Positions 52,449 through 64,000 of a stretch of 64,000 bases of DNA are shown here, one piece after another. Origin of the DNA: Azolla caroliniana. Lineage: Eukaryota > Plantae > Polypodiophyta. Positions within the stretch are counted from its first letter, which is position 1; each line of letters starts with the position of its first letter. The translations under genes were made by a program, and so were the position numbers. The notes under the pieces are model-generated. The model did no database searches. It was not told where the DNA came from and saw nothing but the letters and a program-made list of their open reading frames with translations. The DNA is taken from positions 124,001 through 188,000 of the forward strand of contig JBHGNT010000029.1 in assembly GCA_043228905.1 (NCBI GenBank). The letters are read 5' to 3'.

Positions 52449-54311
52449 TTAAGTGGGAGTTTTTATGGATTTATATTTAGTTTTGACGAGAAGGGAATGA
52501 ATGGACTTAGACTTAGTCCAACATATGAAGGGTCGCGGTAGTTCGGATAGTTGGGGATGTGTGGCTAAATCTGCGTGGAGGTTTTCTAGCATGTCGTGAA
52601 TTCCTAATCTAGGGGTATCTTTCGTATACCTAAGTTTGAAGATGACAGGTATAAGGGTACTTTTAGGTTTTCTACTAAATACTAGTGATTTCCTAGCGTT
52701 AAATGGCACCTTTTTATAATTCTCTAATATAAAAGAAAGGGGATACCCTCTCTTAACTAATCTACTAAAAAATAGTTTTTTCATTCGAAGGAAACCTAAG
52801 GGGGTACTTTCTCTAATTAGGTATCGTTTTAGTTCATTAATAATAAAATGACGTTTTAAGTGAAGGGGGTGAACTGACGAGAATGAGAGATATTGGTAGG
52901 CATTTTGGGGCTTTTGGTAGCAATTAAAGGAGAAATGTGAATTCTTTAGGTTAATCCATAAATCTAAGAACGGTAATCTAAAGGGAGAAGTGGTGATGGT
53001 AATTTTGATGCAATTATTAGTGGAGGTGTTATAGAACTGGAGGTAATTTTCTAATTCGGGTTTAGTACCTGTCCATATCCCGAATGCATCATCTATATAT
53101 CTAGTGAAATAAAAAAGATTAGGGTGTGATGGCTGGGAGTTCTCTAAGTGAGCTAAGAATAGGCATGCATAAACTACAGAAAAATTACTACCCATGGCTG
53201 TACCCTTGACTTGTTGATAGATTATGTCATCAAAGGATAGAAAGTGATATTCTAATGTGAGTGCGCTAAGTGTATAGATAAGGTTAGTTTTAGAAGATGA
53301 AAAATGTGGGGTAATCATTTTTCGTAAAGCTTGGAGTCCTAACCTAGGGGGTATGCTGGGATATAGAGATTCAACATCAAAGGTGAAGATAAAGCTATTA
53401 GGGGGTGGGTTGAGATGTTCTAAAGTCTGGACAAGGGAATGTGAGTCTTTCAAATATTGCTTTTGAAGGAGAAGGATAGGCATGAGTTGGTGGTGAAGCC
53501 ATTTTGATGTTTGTTCAAAAAGGGAGTTATTGTATGAGCAAATAGGTCTAAAACCTATTGGGTTTTTATGGAGTTTTGGGAGGAAATAGATATTGCATAC
53601 TTTGTACCCTTTTGAGGGTTTATGTAGTATGTAATTGGCTTCTATGTTGGATAGGGTACCAAGATGGTTATTAACAATGTTTTTCAATCTATAGGATAAT
53701 TCCTCAAGTGGATAGTGGGAGACTTTTTTATATGTATTAGTATCAGAAAGGTGTTCTATAGCTTTGTTATAGTACGTGTCCTTATCAAGAACACACACTC
53801 CAACATTCTTGTCAGCAGGTAGGATTATGATTTTGTTGTTTTTCTTAAGAGATTGTAAGGCTAGTGATAAGTGAGGTGCAATCCTAGTGGGTTTTAATTT
53901 GAGTGTATGAAGTGTGTCCCTAAAGATAGTTTGGTGTTTAGATATAATGTTTTCTAAGGGAGTGTACTTAGTAGGAGGTTGCCAACTAGGGTTAGGTAGC
54001 TTAAAGGGATTTTGGGGCAAATTATCCACATCTTTAAAAAAATGTTTAAGTCGAAGGGTCCTACTTAGGCTATCAAATTCTTTAAGTAGGGTAGGGGATG
54101 ATGGTGGAGAAGATGGGAGGATGTGTTTCAAACCTAGGCTAAGGAGTTGTGTCTCATGTTTAGAGAGGGAATAATTAGAGTGGTTGTGGATCCTACTAAT
54201 TCTAGGTTTATTAAGGAGAGGTGTCCAAAATTTATTACGGGGTTTCCTACTATGGGTCTTTTTCACATATGGGGAGAAGGGAAAATTAGGTGTATGACGT
54301 CCTAACCACAT
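52449..54311 (-). CDS. Penelope-like reverse transcriptase, copy 2
   Basis: Protein identical to 47776-49638; its own ORF1 5' part and promoter are missing. Confidence 0.9.
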   Translation of the reverse strand: MWLGRHTPNFPFSPYVKKTHSRKPRNKFWTPLLNKPRISRIHNHSNYSLSKHETQLLSLGLKHILPSSPPSSPTLLKEFDSLSRTLRLKHFFKDVDNLPQNPFKLPNPSWQPPTKYTPLENIISKHQTIFRDTLHTLKLKPTRIAPHLSLALQSLKKNNKIIILPADKNVGVCVLDKDTYYNKAIEHLSDTNTYKKVSHYPLEELSYRLKNIVNNHLGTLSNIEANYILHKPSKGYKVCNIYFLPKLHKNPIGFRPICSYNNSLFEQTSKWLHHQLMPILLLQKQYLKDSHSLVQTLEHLNPPPNSFIFTFDVESLYPSIPPRLGLQALRKMITPHFSSSKTNLIYTLSALTLEYHFLSFDDIIYQQVKGTAMGSNFSVVYACLFLAHLENSQPSHPNLFYFTRYIDDAFGIWTGTKPELENYLQFYNTSTNNCIKITITTSPFRLPFLDLWINLKNSHFSFNCYQKPQNAYQYLSFSSVHPLHLKRHFIINELKRYLIRESTPLGFLRMKKLFFSRLVKRGYPLSFILENYKKVPFNARKSLVFSRKPKSTLIPVIFKLRYTKDTPRLGIHDMLENLHADLATHPQLSELPRPFICWTKSKSIHSLLVKTKYKSIKTPT

Positions 54312-54374
54312 GAAAGTATCTAAAGTAGAAGTAGGTCTATCGAGAAGGTAAAAGAGACGTTTCGCGGGATGTAT

Positions 54375-54428
54375 GGCGTGCCGAAACTGTTTACTATCGC
54401 GTTTGGCACGCCTAGCTACACGTTTTTT
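54375..54428 (-). promoter_or_regulatory. Predicted -1 frameshift signal (copy 2)
   Basis: Same heptamer and hairpin as copy 1 at +4673. Confidence 0.75.
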
Positions 54429-55117
54429 GTCCTAACATTATTACATGGGAAAGTTTGTAGTTTTGTGGGAAGGGGCCGATTATTATGAGTACGGATAGGT
54501 TGTTTTCTATGAGGGATTTCATATAAGTGTGGGGGAAATTTTGAGGGTGCGGTAGAATATTGAAATCTACTAGAAGTAGAAGGGGAGTTATGAGTAAAGA
54601 AGGGGGGGGTATGTGTAGGAAATGCATGAAAAGGGGGAGGGGTATAGTTTGGAAATAGGGAAACGTTGTGGGGGTTATTAGGGGGGAAATGCATAGGGGC
54701 ATGGTTAAAAAATGGGGGAGGGGTATGAGGGGGGTTTATAGAAAATAAAGGGGGGGCATGCATCAAATTTGTAGGAAGTAAGGAGGGGGGGGGAGGGGCG
54801 TGATTAGGGTTAAACGAATATGGGAAGTGAGAGGGTATGTTTGAAATTGTCTGCAGGGATGGGGTGGGGAGGAGAGGAGGAGGAGGAGGGCCGCGAGGGA
54901 AAGACGGAAGGTCGTTCGTGCCATGGCTTGCATGATCTCCTGCACAGCCGCCATGGGGATACACTTCTTGTCTTATGTTGGCACGTGTGCCGCTTCCAAA
55001 AGATGTACGGCCTTCGCATTGGATGGACCTCCCGTATCGACCCGTAGGATAATCACCGCCACAGCTCATGTAGCCGCCGTTATGGTGTGACAATCGTCCA
55101 CCATCGCCACACGTGTA
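54416..55117 (-). pseudogene. 5'-truncated ORF1 remnant (C-terminal ~233 aa)
   Basis: Matches ORF1 from YTCGDGG to the stop; sequence upstream of it is satellite. Confidence 0.88.
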
Positions 55118-58100
55118 TCTTTGAACACTAAAATCCGATATCACACGAGCCAGGTATGACAATTTTAATTTACTAACACGCTCTTCTCAACTCCCTCCTC
55201 TAATTTACTAATTTCATCATGTTTCTCGACCTGAGTTTCAAAATCTGTATTTTCGAATTCCATATCATAGCTAGTGTTGTTAGCTTCGATTCGCATGTTT
55301 GAACACTAAAATCCGATATCACACGAGCCAGGTATGAACATTTTAATTTACTCACGCGCTCTTTTCAACTCCCTCCTCTAATTTACTAATTTCTTCATGT
55401 CTCTTGACCTGAGTTTCAAAATCTTGATTTTCTAATTCCATATCATAGCTAGTGCTGTTAGCTTCGATTCGCATGTTTGAACACAACAATTCGATATCAC
55501 ACGAGCCAGGTATGAACATTTTAATTTACTGACGCGCTCTTTTCAACTCCCTCCTCTCCTTTACTAATTTCTTCATGTCTCTTGACCTGAGTTTCAAAAT
55601 CTTGATTTTCTAATTCCATATCATAGCTAGTGTTGTTAGCTCCGATACACATGTTTGAACACTAAAATCCGATTTCACACGAACCACGTATGACAGTTTT
55701 AATTTACGGACGCGCTCTTCTCAACTCCCTCCTCTAATTTACTAATTTCATCATGTCTCTCGACCTGAGTTTCAAAATCTTGATTTTCTAATTTCATATC
55801 ATAGCTAGTGTTGTTAGCTTCGATTCGCATGTTTGAACACTAAAATCCGATATCACACGAGCCAGGTATGACAATTTTAATTTACTAACGCGCTCTTCAC
55901 AACTTTCTCCTCTAATTTACTAATTCTTTCATGTCTCTCGACCTGAGTTTCAAAATCTTGATTTTCTAATTCCATATCATAGCTAGTGTTGTTTGCTTCG
56001 ATTCGCATCTTTGAACACTAAAATCGGATATCACACGAGCCAGGTATGAACATTTTAATTTACTCCCGCGCTCTTCTCAACTTTCTTCTCTAATTTTCTA
56101 ATTTCTTCATGTCTCTCGACCTGAGTTTCAAAATCTTGATTTTCTAATTCCATATTATAGCTAGTGTTGTTAGCTTCGATTCGCATGTTTGAACACTAAA
56201 ATCCGATATCACACGAGCCAGGTATGAACATTTTAATTTACTCACGCGCTCTTTTCAACTCCCTCCTCTACTTTACTAATTTCTTCATGTCTCTTGACCT
56301 GAGTTTCGAAATCTTGATTTTCTAATTCCATATTATAGCTAGTGTTGTTAGCTTCGATTCGCATGTTTGAACACAAAAATCCGATATCACAAGAGCCAGG
56401 TATAAACATTTTAATTTACTGACGCACTCTTCTCAACTTTCTCCTCTAATTTTCTAAATTCTTCATGTCTCTCGACCTGAGTTTCAAAATCTTGATTTTC
56501 TAATTCCAAATCATAGCTAGTATTGTTAGCATTGATTCGCAAGTTTGAACACAAAAATCCGATATCACAAGAGCCAGGTATAAACATTTTAATTTACTGA
56601 CGCGCTCTTCTCAAATTTCTCCTCTAATTTTCTCAATTCTTCATGTCTCTCAACCTCAGTTTCAAAATCTTGATTTTCTAATTCCATATCCTAGCTAGTG
56701 TTGTTAGCTTCGATTCGCATGTTTGAACACTAAAATCCGATATCAAACGAGCCAGGTATGACAATTTTAATTTACTGACGCGCTCTTCTCAACTTTCTCC
56801 TCTAATTTTCTAATTTCTTCATGTCTCTCGACCTGAGTTTCAAAATCTTGAGTTTCTAATTCCATATCATAGCTAGTGTTGTTAGCTTTGATTGGCATGT
56901 TTGAACACAAAAATCCGATATCACAAGAGCCAGGTATGACAATTTTAATTTACTGACGCAATCTTCTCAACTCCCTTTTCTAATTTACTAATTTCATCAT
57001 GTCTCTCGACCTGAGTTTCAAAATCTGTATTTTCTTATTCCATATCATAGCTCGTGTTGTTAGCTTCGATTCGCATGTTTGAACACAAAAATCCGATATC
57101 ACACGAGCCAGGTATGACAATGTTAATTTACTGACGCGCTCTTCTCAACTTTCTCCTCTAATTTTCTAATTTCTTCATGTCTCTCCACCTGAGTTTCAAA
57201 ATCTTGATTTTTGAATTCCATATTATAGCTAGTGTTAGGAGCTTCGATTCGCATGTTTGAACACAAAAATCCGATATTACACGAGCCAGGTATGAACATT
57301 TTAATTTACTCACGCGGTCTTCTCAACTCCCTCCTCTAATTTACTAATTCCTTCATGTCTCTCGACCTGAGTTTCAAAGTCTTGATTTTCTAATTCCATA
57401 TCATAGCTAGTGTTGTTAGCTTCGATTCGCATGTTTGAACACTAAAATCCGATATCAAACGAGCCAGGTATGACAATTTTAATTTACTGACGCGCTCTTC
57501 TCAACTTTCTCCTCTAATTTTCTAATTTCTTCATGTCTCTCGACCTGAGTTTCAAAATCTTGAGTTTCTAATTCCATATCATAGCTAGTGTTGTTAGCTT
57601 TGATTGGCATGTTTGAACACAAAAATCCGATATCACAAGAGCCAGGTATGACAATTTTAATTTACTGACGCAATCTTCTCAACTCCCTTTTCTAATTTAC
57701 TAATTTCATCATGTCTCTCGACCTGAGTTTCAAAATCTGTATTTTCTTATTCCATATCATAGCTCGTGTTGTTAGCTTCGATTCGCATGTTTGAAAACTA
57801 AAATCCGATATCACACGAGCTAGGTATGACAATTTTAATTTACTACATGCTCTTCTCAACTTTCTCCTCTAATTTTCTAGTTTCCTCATGTCTCTCGACC
57901 TGAGTTTCAAAATCTTGATTTTCTAATTCCAAATCATAGCTAGTGTTGTTAGCATCGATTCGCATGTTTGAACACAAAAATCGGATATCACAAGAGCCAG
58001 TTATAAACATTATAATTTACTTACGCGCTCTTCTCAACTCCCTCCTCTAATTTCCTAATTTCTTCATGTCTCTCGACCTGAGTTTCGAAATCTTGATTTT

Positions 58101-58716
58101 CTAATTCCATATCATAGGTAGTGTTGTTAGCTTCGATTCGCATGATGGAACACTGAAATCGGATATCACAGGAGCGAGGTATGACAATTTTAATTTACTC
58201 ACAGGCTCTTCCCAACTCCCTCCTCAAATTTGGTAATTTCTTCATGTCTCTCGACCTAGGTTTCAAAATCTTGATTTTCTAATTCCATATCATAGGTAGT
58301 GTTGTTAGCTTCGATTCGCATGTTTGAACATATCACAGGAGCGAGGTATGAACAATTTAATTTACTCATTCGCCCTACTCAACTCCCTCCTCAAATTTGG
58401 TAATTTCTTCATGTCTCTCGACCTTAATTGCACAATCTTGATTTTTTAATTCCATATTATAGCTAACGTTTTTAGCTTCGATTCGCATGTTTGAACAGGG
58501 AAATCCGATATCACACGAGCGAGGTATTAACATTTTAATTTACTCAAGGGCTCTACTCAACTCCCTCCTCAAATTTGGTAATTTCGTCATGTCTCTCCAC
58601 CTGAGTTTCAAAATCTTGATTTTTTTATTCCATATCATAGGTAGCGTTGTTAGTTCCGATTCCCATGTTTGAACACAGAAATCCAATATCACACGAGCGA
58701 GGTATAAACAATTTAA
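55117..58716. repeat. Right copy of the 3600-bp satellite duplication
   Basis: Begins ATCTTTGAACACTAAAATCC like 43669 and ends GGTATAAACAATTTAA like 47268, then continues as uninterrupted satellite (TTTGCTCAAGG). Confidence 0.93.
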
Positions 58717-61700
58717 TTTGCTCAAGGACTCTACTCAACTCCCTCCTCAAATTTGCTAATTTCTTCATGACTCTCGACCTGAGTTATCAGATCTTGATTT
58801 TTTAATTCCATATCATAGCTAGAGTTGTTAGCTTCGATTTCAATGTTTGAACAGAGAAATCCGATATCACACGAGCGAGGTATGAACAATTTAATTTACT
58901 CATTCGCCGTACTCAACTCCCTCTTCAAATTTGGTAATTTCTTCATGTCTTTCGACCTGAATTTCAAAATTTAGATTTTTTAATTCCATATCATTGCTAG
59001 CGTTGTTAGCTTCGATTCGCATGTTTGAACAGAGAAATCCGATATCATACAAGCGAGGTATTAACATTTTAATTTACTCAAGGGCTCTACTCAACTCCCT
59101 CCTCAAATTTGCTAATTTCTTCATGTCTCTCGACCTGAGTTTCCAGATCTGGATTTTTTCATTCCATATCATAGCTAGCGTTGTTAGCTCCGATTCCCAT
59201 GTTTGAACACAGAAATCCGATATCACACGAGCCACGTATAAACAGAGAAATCCGATATCACACGAGCTTCGATTCGCATGTTTGAACACAGGAATCCGAT
59301 ATCACACGAGCCACGTATAATCATTTTAATTTGCTCAAGCGCTCTACTCAACTCCCTCCTCAAATTTGGTAATTTCTTCATGTCTCTCGACCTGAGTTTC
59401 AAAATCTTGATTTTTTAATTCTATATCATAGCTAGCGTTGTTAGCTTCGATTCGCATGTTTGAACACAGGAATCCGATATCACACAAGCGAGCTATGAAC
59501 AATGTAATTTACTCATTCGCCCTACTCAACTCCCTCCTCAAATTTGCTAAATTCGTCATGTCTCTCGACCTGAGTTTCACAGTCTTGATTTTTTAATTCC
59601 ATATCATAGCTAGCGTTGTTAGCTTCGATTCGCATGTTTGAATAGAAAAATCCGATATCACACGAGCGAGGTATTATTATTTTAATTTACTCCAGGGCTC
59701 TACTCAACTCCCTCCTGAAATATGCTAATTTCTTCATGTCTCTCGACCTGAGTTTCCAGATCTGGATTTTTTCATTCCATATCATAGCTAGCGTTGTTAG
59801 CTCCGATTCCCATGTTTGAACACAGAAATCGGATATCACACGAGCGAGGTATGAACAATTTAATCTACTCATTCGCCCTACTCAACTCCCTCCTCAAATT
59901 TGCTAATTTCGTCATGTCTCTTGACCTGAGTTTCAAAATCTTCATTTTTTAATTCCATATCATAGCTAGCGTTCTTAGCTTCGATTCGCATGTTTGAACA
60001 CAGGAATCCGATATCACACGAGCGAGCTATGAACAATTTAATTTACTCATTTGCCCTACTCAACTCCCTCCTCAAATTTGCTAATTTCTTCATGTCTCTC
60101 GACCTGAGTTTCACAATCTTGATTTTTTAATTCCATATCATAGCTAGCGTTATTGGCTTCGATTCGCATGTTTGAACACAGGAATCCGATATCACACGAG
60201 CGAGGTATGAACAATTTAATCTACTCATTCGCCCTACTGAACTCCCTCCTCAAATTTGGTAATTTCGTCATGTCTCTCGACCTGAGTTTCAAAATCTTGA
60301 TTTTTTTATCCCATATCATAGCTAGCGTTGTTAGTTCCGATTCCCATGTTTGAACACAGAAATCCGATATCACACGAGCGAGGTATAAACAATTTAATTT
60401 GCTCAAGGACTCTACTCACCTCCCTCCTCAAATTTGCTAATTTCTTCATGTCTCTCGACCTGAGTTTCAAAATCTTGATTTTTTAATTCCATATCATAGC
60501 TAGCGTTGTTAGCTTCATATGGCATGTTTTTTTAATTCCATATCATAGCTAGAGTTCTTAGCTTCGATTTGCATGTTTGAATAGAGAAATCCGATATCAC
60601 ACGAGCGAGGTATGAACAATTTAATTTACTCATTCGCCCTACTCAACTCCCTCCTCAAATTTGGTAATTTCTTCATGTCTCTCGACCTGAGTTGCTAGCG
60701 TTGTTAGCTTTGATTCGCATGTTTGAAGAGGGAAATCCGATATCACACGAGCGAGGTATTAACATTTTAATTTACTCAAGGGCTCTACTCAACTCCCTCC
60801 TCAAATTTGCTAATTTCTTCATGTCTCTCGACCTGAGTTTCTAGATCTGGATTTTTTCACTCCATATCATTGCTAGCGTTGTTAGCTCCGATTCCCATGT
60901 TTGAACACAGAAATCCGATATTACACGAGCGAGGTATGAACATTTTAATTTGCTCAAGGGCTCTACTCAACTCCCTCCGCAAATTTGCTAATTTCTTCAT
61001 GTCACTCGACCTGAGTTTCCAGATCTGGATTTCTTCATTCCATATCATAGCTAGCGGTTTTAGCTCTGATTCCCATGTTTGAACACAGAAATCCGATATC
61101 ACACGAGCCACGTATAAACATTTTAATTTGCTCAAGCGCTCTACTCAACTCCCTCCTCAAATTTGGTAATTTCTTCATGTCTCTCGACCTGAGTTTCACA
61201 ATCTCGATTTTTTAATTCCATATCATAGCTAGCGTTGCTAGCTTCGATTCGCATGTTTGAACACAGGAATCCGATATCACACGAACGAGGTATGAACAAT
61301 TTAATTTACTCATTCGCCCTACTGAACTCCCTCCTAAAATTTGGTAATTTCGTCATGTCTCTCGACCTAAGTTTCAAAATCTGGATTTTTTAATTCCATA
61401 TCATAGCTAGCGTTGTTAGCTTCGAATGGCATGTTTGAACACAAAAATCATATATCACACGAGCGAGGTATGAACATTTTAATTTGCTCAAGGGCTCTAC
61501 TCAACTCCCTCCTCAAATTTGCTAATTTCTTCATGTCTCTCGACCTGAGTTTCAAAATCTTGATTTTTTAATTCCATATCATAGCTCGCGTTGTTAGCTT
61601 CGATTTGCATGTTTGAACACAGGAATCCGATATCACACGAGCGAGGTATGAACATTTTAATTTGCTCAAGGACTCTACTCAAGTCCCTCCTCAAATTTGC

Positions 61701-64000
61701 TAATTTCTTCATGTCTCTCGACCTGAGTTTCGAGATCTGGATTTTTTAATTCCATATCATCGCTAGCGTTGTTAGCTCCGATTCCCATGTTTGAACACAG
61801 AAATCCGATATCACACGAGCCAAGTATGAATATTTTAATTTGCTCAAGGACTCTACTCAACTTCCTCCTCAAATTTGGTAATTTGGTCATGTCCCTCGAC
61901 CTGAGTTTCAAAATCTTGATTTTTTAATTCCATATCATAGATAGCGTTGTTAGTTCCGATTCCCATGTTTGAACACAGAAATCCGATATCACACGAGCCA
62001 CGTATAAACTTTTTAATTTGCTCAAGGGCTCTACTCAACTCCCTCCTCAAATTTGGTAATTTCTTCATGTCTCTCGACCTGAGTGTCAAAATCTTGATTT
62101 TTTAATTCCATATCATAGCTAGCGTTGTTAGCTTCGATTCGCATGTTTGAACACAGGAATCCGATATCACACGAGCGAGCTATGAACAATGTAATTTACT
62201 CATTCGCCCTACTCAACTCCCTCCTCACATTTGCTAATTTCGTCATGTCTCTCAACCTGAGTTTCACAATTTTGATTTTTTAATTCCATATCATAGCTAG
62301 CGTTGTTAGCTTCGATTCGCATGTTTGATCAGAGAAATCCGATATCACACGAGCGAGGTATTAACATTTTAATTTACTCCAGGGCTCTACTCAACTCCCT
62401 CCTCAAATATGCTAATTTCTACATGTCTCTCGACCTGAGTTTCCAGATCTGGATTTTTTCATTCCATATCATAGCTAGCATTATTAGCTCCGATTTGCAT
62501 GTTTGAACAGAGAAATCCGATATCACACGAGCGAGGTATGAAGAATTTAAACTACTCATTCGCCCTACTCAACTCCCTCCTCAAATTTGGTAATTTCGTC
62601 ATGTCTCTCGACCTGAGTTTCAAAATCTTGATTTTTTTATTCCATATCATAGCGAGCGTTGTTAGTTCCGATTCCCATGTTTGAACACAGAAATCCGATA
62701 TCACACGAGCCAGCTATGAACAATTTAATTTGCTCAAGGACTCTACTCAACTCCCTCCTCAAATTTGCTAATTTCTTCATGTCTCTCGACCGGAGTTTCC
62801 AGATCTTGATTTTTTAATTCCATATCATAGCTAGAGTTGTTATCTTCGATTTGCATGATTGAACAGAGAAATCCGATATCACACGAGCGAGGTATGAACA
62901 ATTTAATTTACTCATTCGCCCTACTGAACTCCCTCCTAAAATTTGGTAATTTCGTCATGTCTCTCGACCTGAGTTGTAAAATCTTGATTTTTTAATTCCA
63001 TATCATAGCTAGCGTTGTTAGCTTCGATTTGCATGTTTGAACACAGGAATCCGATATCACACGAGCGAGCCATGAACAATGTAATTTACTCATTCGCCCT
63101 AGTCAACTCCCACCTCAAATTTCCTAATTTCGTCATGTCTCTCGACCTGAGTTTCACAATCTTGATTTTTTAATTCCATATCATAGCTAGCATTGTTAGC
63201 TTCGATTCACATGTTGGAACAGAGAAATCCGATATCACACGACCGAGGTATTAACAATTTAATTTACTCATTCGCCCTACTCAACAACCTCCTCAAATTT
63301 GGTAATTTCTTGATGTCTCTCGACCTGAGTTTCCAGATCTGGATTTTTTCATTCCATATCATAGCTAGCATTGTTAGCTCCGATTTGCATGTTTGAACAG
63401 AGAAATCCGATATCACACGAGCGAGGTATGAACAATTTAATCTACTCATTCGCCCTACTCAACTCCCTCCTCAAATTTGGTAATTTCGTCATGTCTCTCC
63501 ACCTAAGTTTCAAAATCTTGATTTTTTTATTCCATATCATAGCGAGCGTTGTTATTTCCGATTCCCATGTTTTAACACAGAAATCCGATATCACATGAGC
63601 CAGGTATGAACAATTTAATTTGCTCAACGACTCTACTCAACTCCCTCCTCAAATTTGCTAATTTCTTCATTTCTCTCGACCTGAGTTTCCAGATCTTGAT
63701 TTTCTAATTCCATATCATAGCTAGAGTTGTTAGCTTCGATTTGCATGTTTGAACAGAGAAATTCGATATCATATGAGCGAGGTATGAACAATTTAATTTA
63801 CTCATTCGCCCTACTCAACTCCCTCCTCAAATTTGGTAATTTCTTCATGTCTCGCGACCTGAATTTCAAAATTTAGATTTTTCAATTCCATATCATAGCT
63901 AGCGTTGTTAGCTTCGATTCGCATGTTTGAACACATGAAATATCACACGAGCGAGGTATGAACATTTTAATTTACTTCGGGGCTCTACTCAACTCCCTCC
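55118..64000. repeat. 178-bp satellite array, segment 3; diverged subfamily from ~58170 onward
   Basis: Same period; diagnostic variants GAGCGAGG, TTCGCCCTACTC/AAGGGCTCTACTC, GCTAGCGTTG and CAG(A/G)AATCC dominate after ~58300. Confidence 0.97.

Larger units (their letters stand above)
51942..55117 (-). mobile_element. Second, 5'-truncated PLE copy (3176 bp) head-to-tail with the first, acting as an extended pLTR
   Basis: Matches 47269-50444 with identical translated ORFs. Breaks inside ORF1 at ...CACACGTGTA|TCTTTGAACAC where the satellite resumes. Confidence 0.93.

Noticed and set aside
54416-55162. 248-aa satellite-ORF1 fusion gene
   Set aside because: The first ~15 codons are satellite read through the truncation junction from a non-ATG start; incidental.

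Overview
Eukaryotic satellite DNA. About 55 kb of the 64 kb is a head-to-tail array of a 178-bp AT-rich monomer, centromere-like by size and organisation; the organism cannot be identified from the sequence. The array is layered into variant zones with higher-order repeats and multi-kb block duplications. Two insertions interrupt it. The first is a 633-bp solo LTR with a 5-bp TSD (16917-17549). The second is a 7.85-kb, ~1.7-copy head-to-tail Penelope-like retroelement (PLE) on the minus strand (47269-55117, unit 4673 bp). The PLE encodes a ~725-aa ORF1 and a PLE-type reverse transcriptase with no GIY-YIG endonuclease. The two frames overlap at an A-AAA-AAC slippery heptamer followed by a hairpin (predicted -1 frameshift). 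It also carries a minimal type I hammerhead ribozyme just downstream of a TATA box and (CT)15 tract, and a (CCCTAA)5 run in the sense strand of ORF1. The insertion has no poly(A) tail or short TSD. It is instead flanked by a 3600-bp direct duplication of satellite (43669-47268 = 55117-58716), one copy of which carries an apparent two-monomer gene-conversion tract. The short ORFs in the satellite are artefacts. All alignments and folds were done by eye, so block boundaries are approximate.
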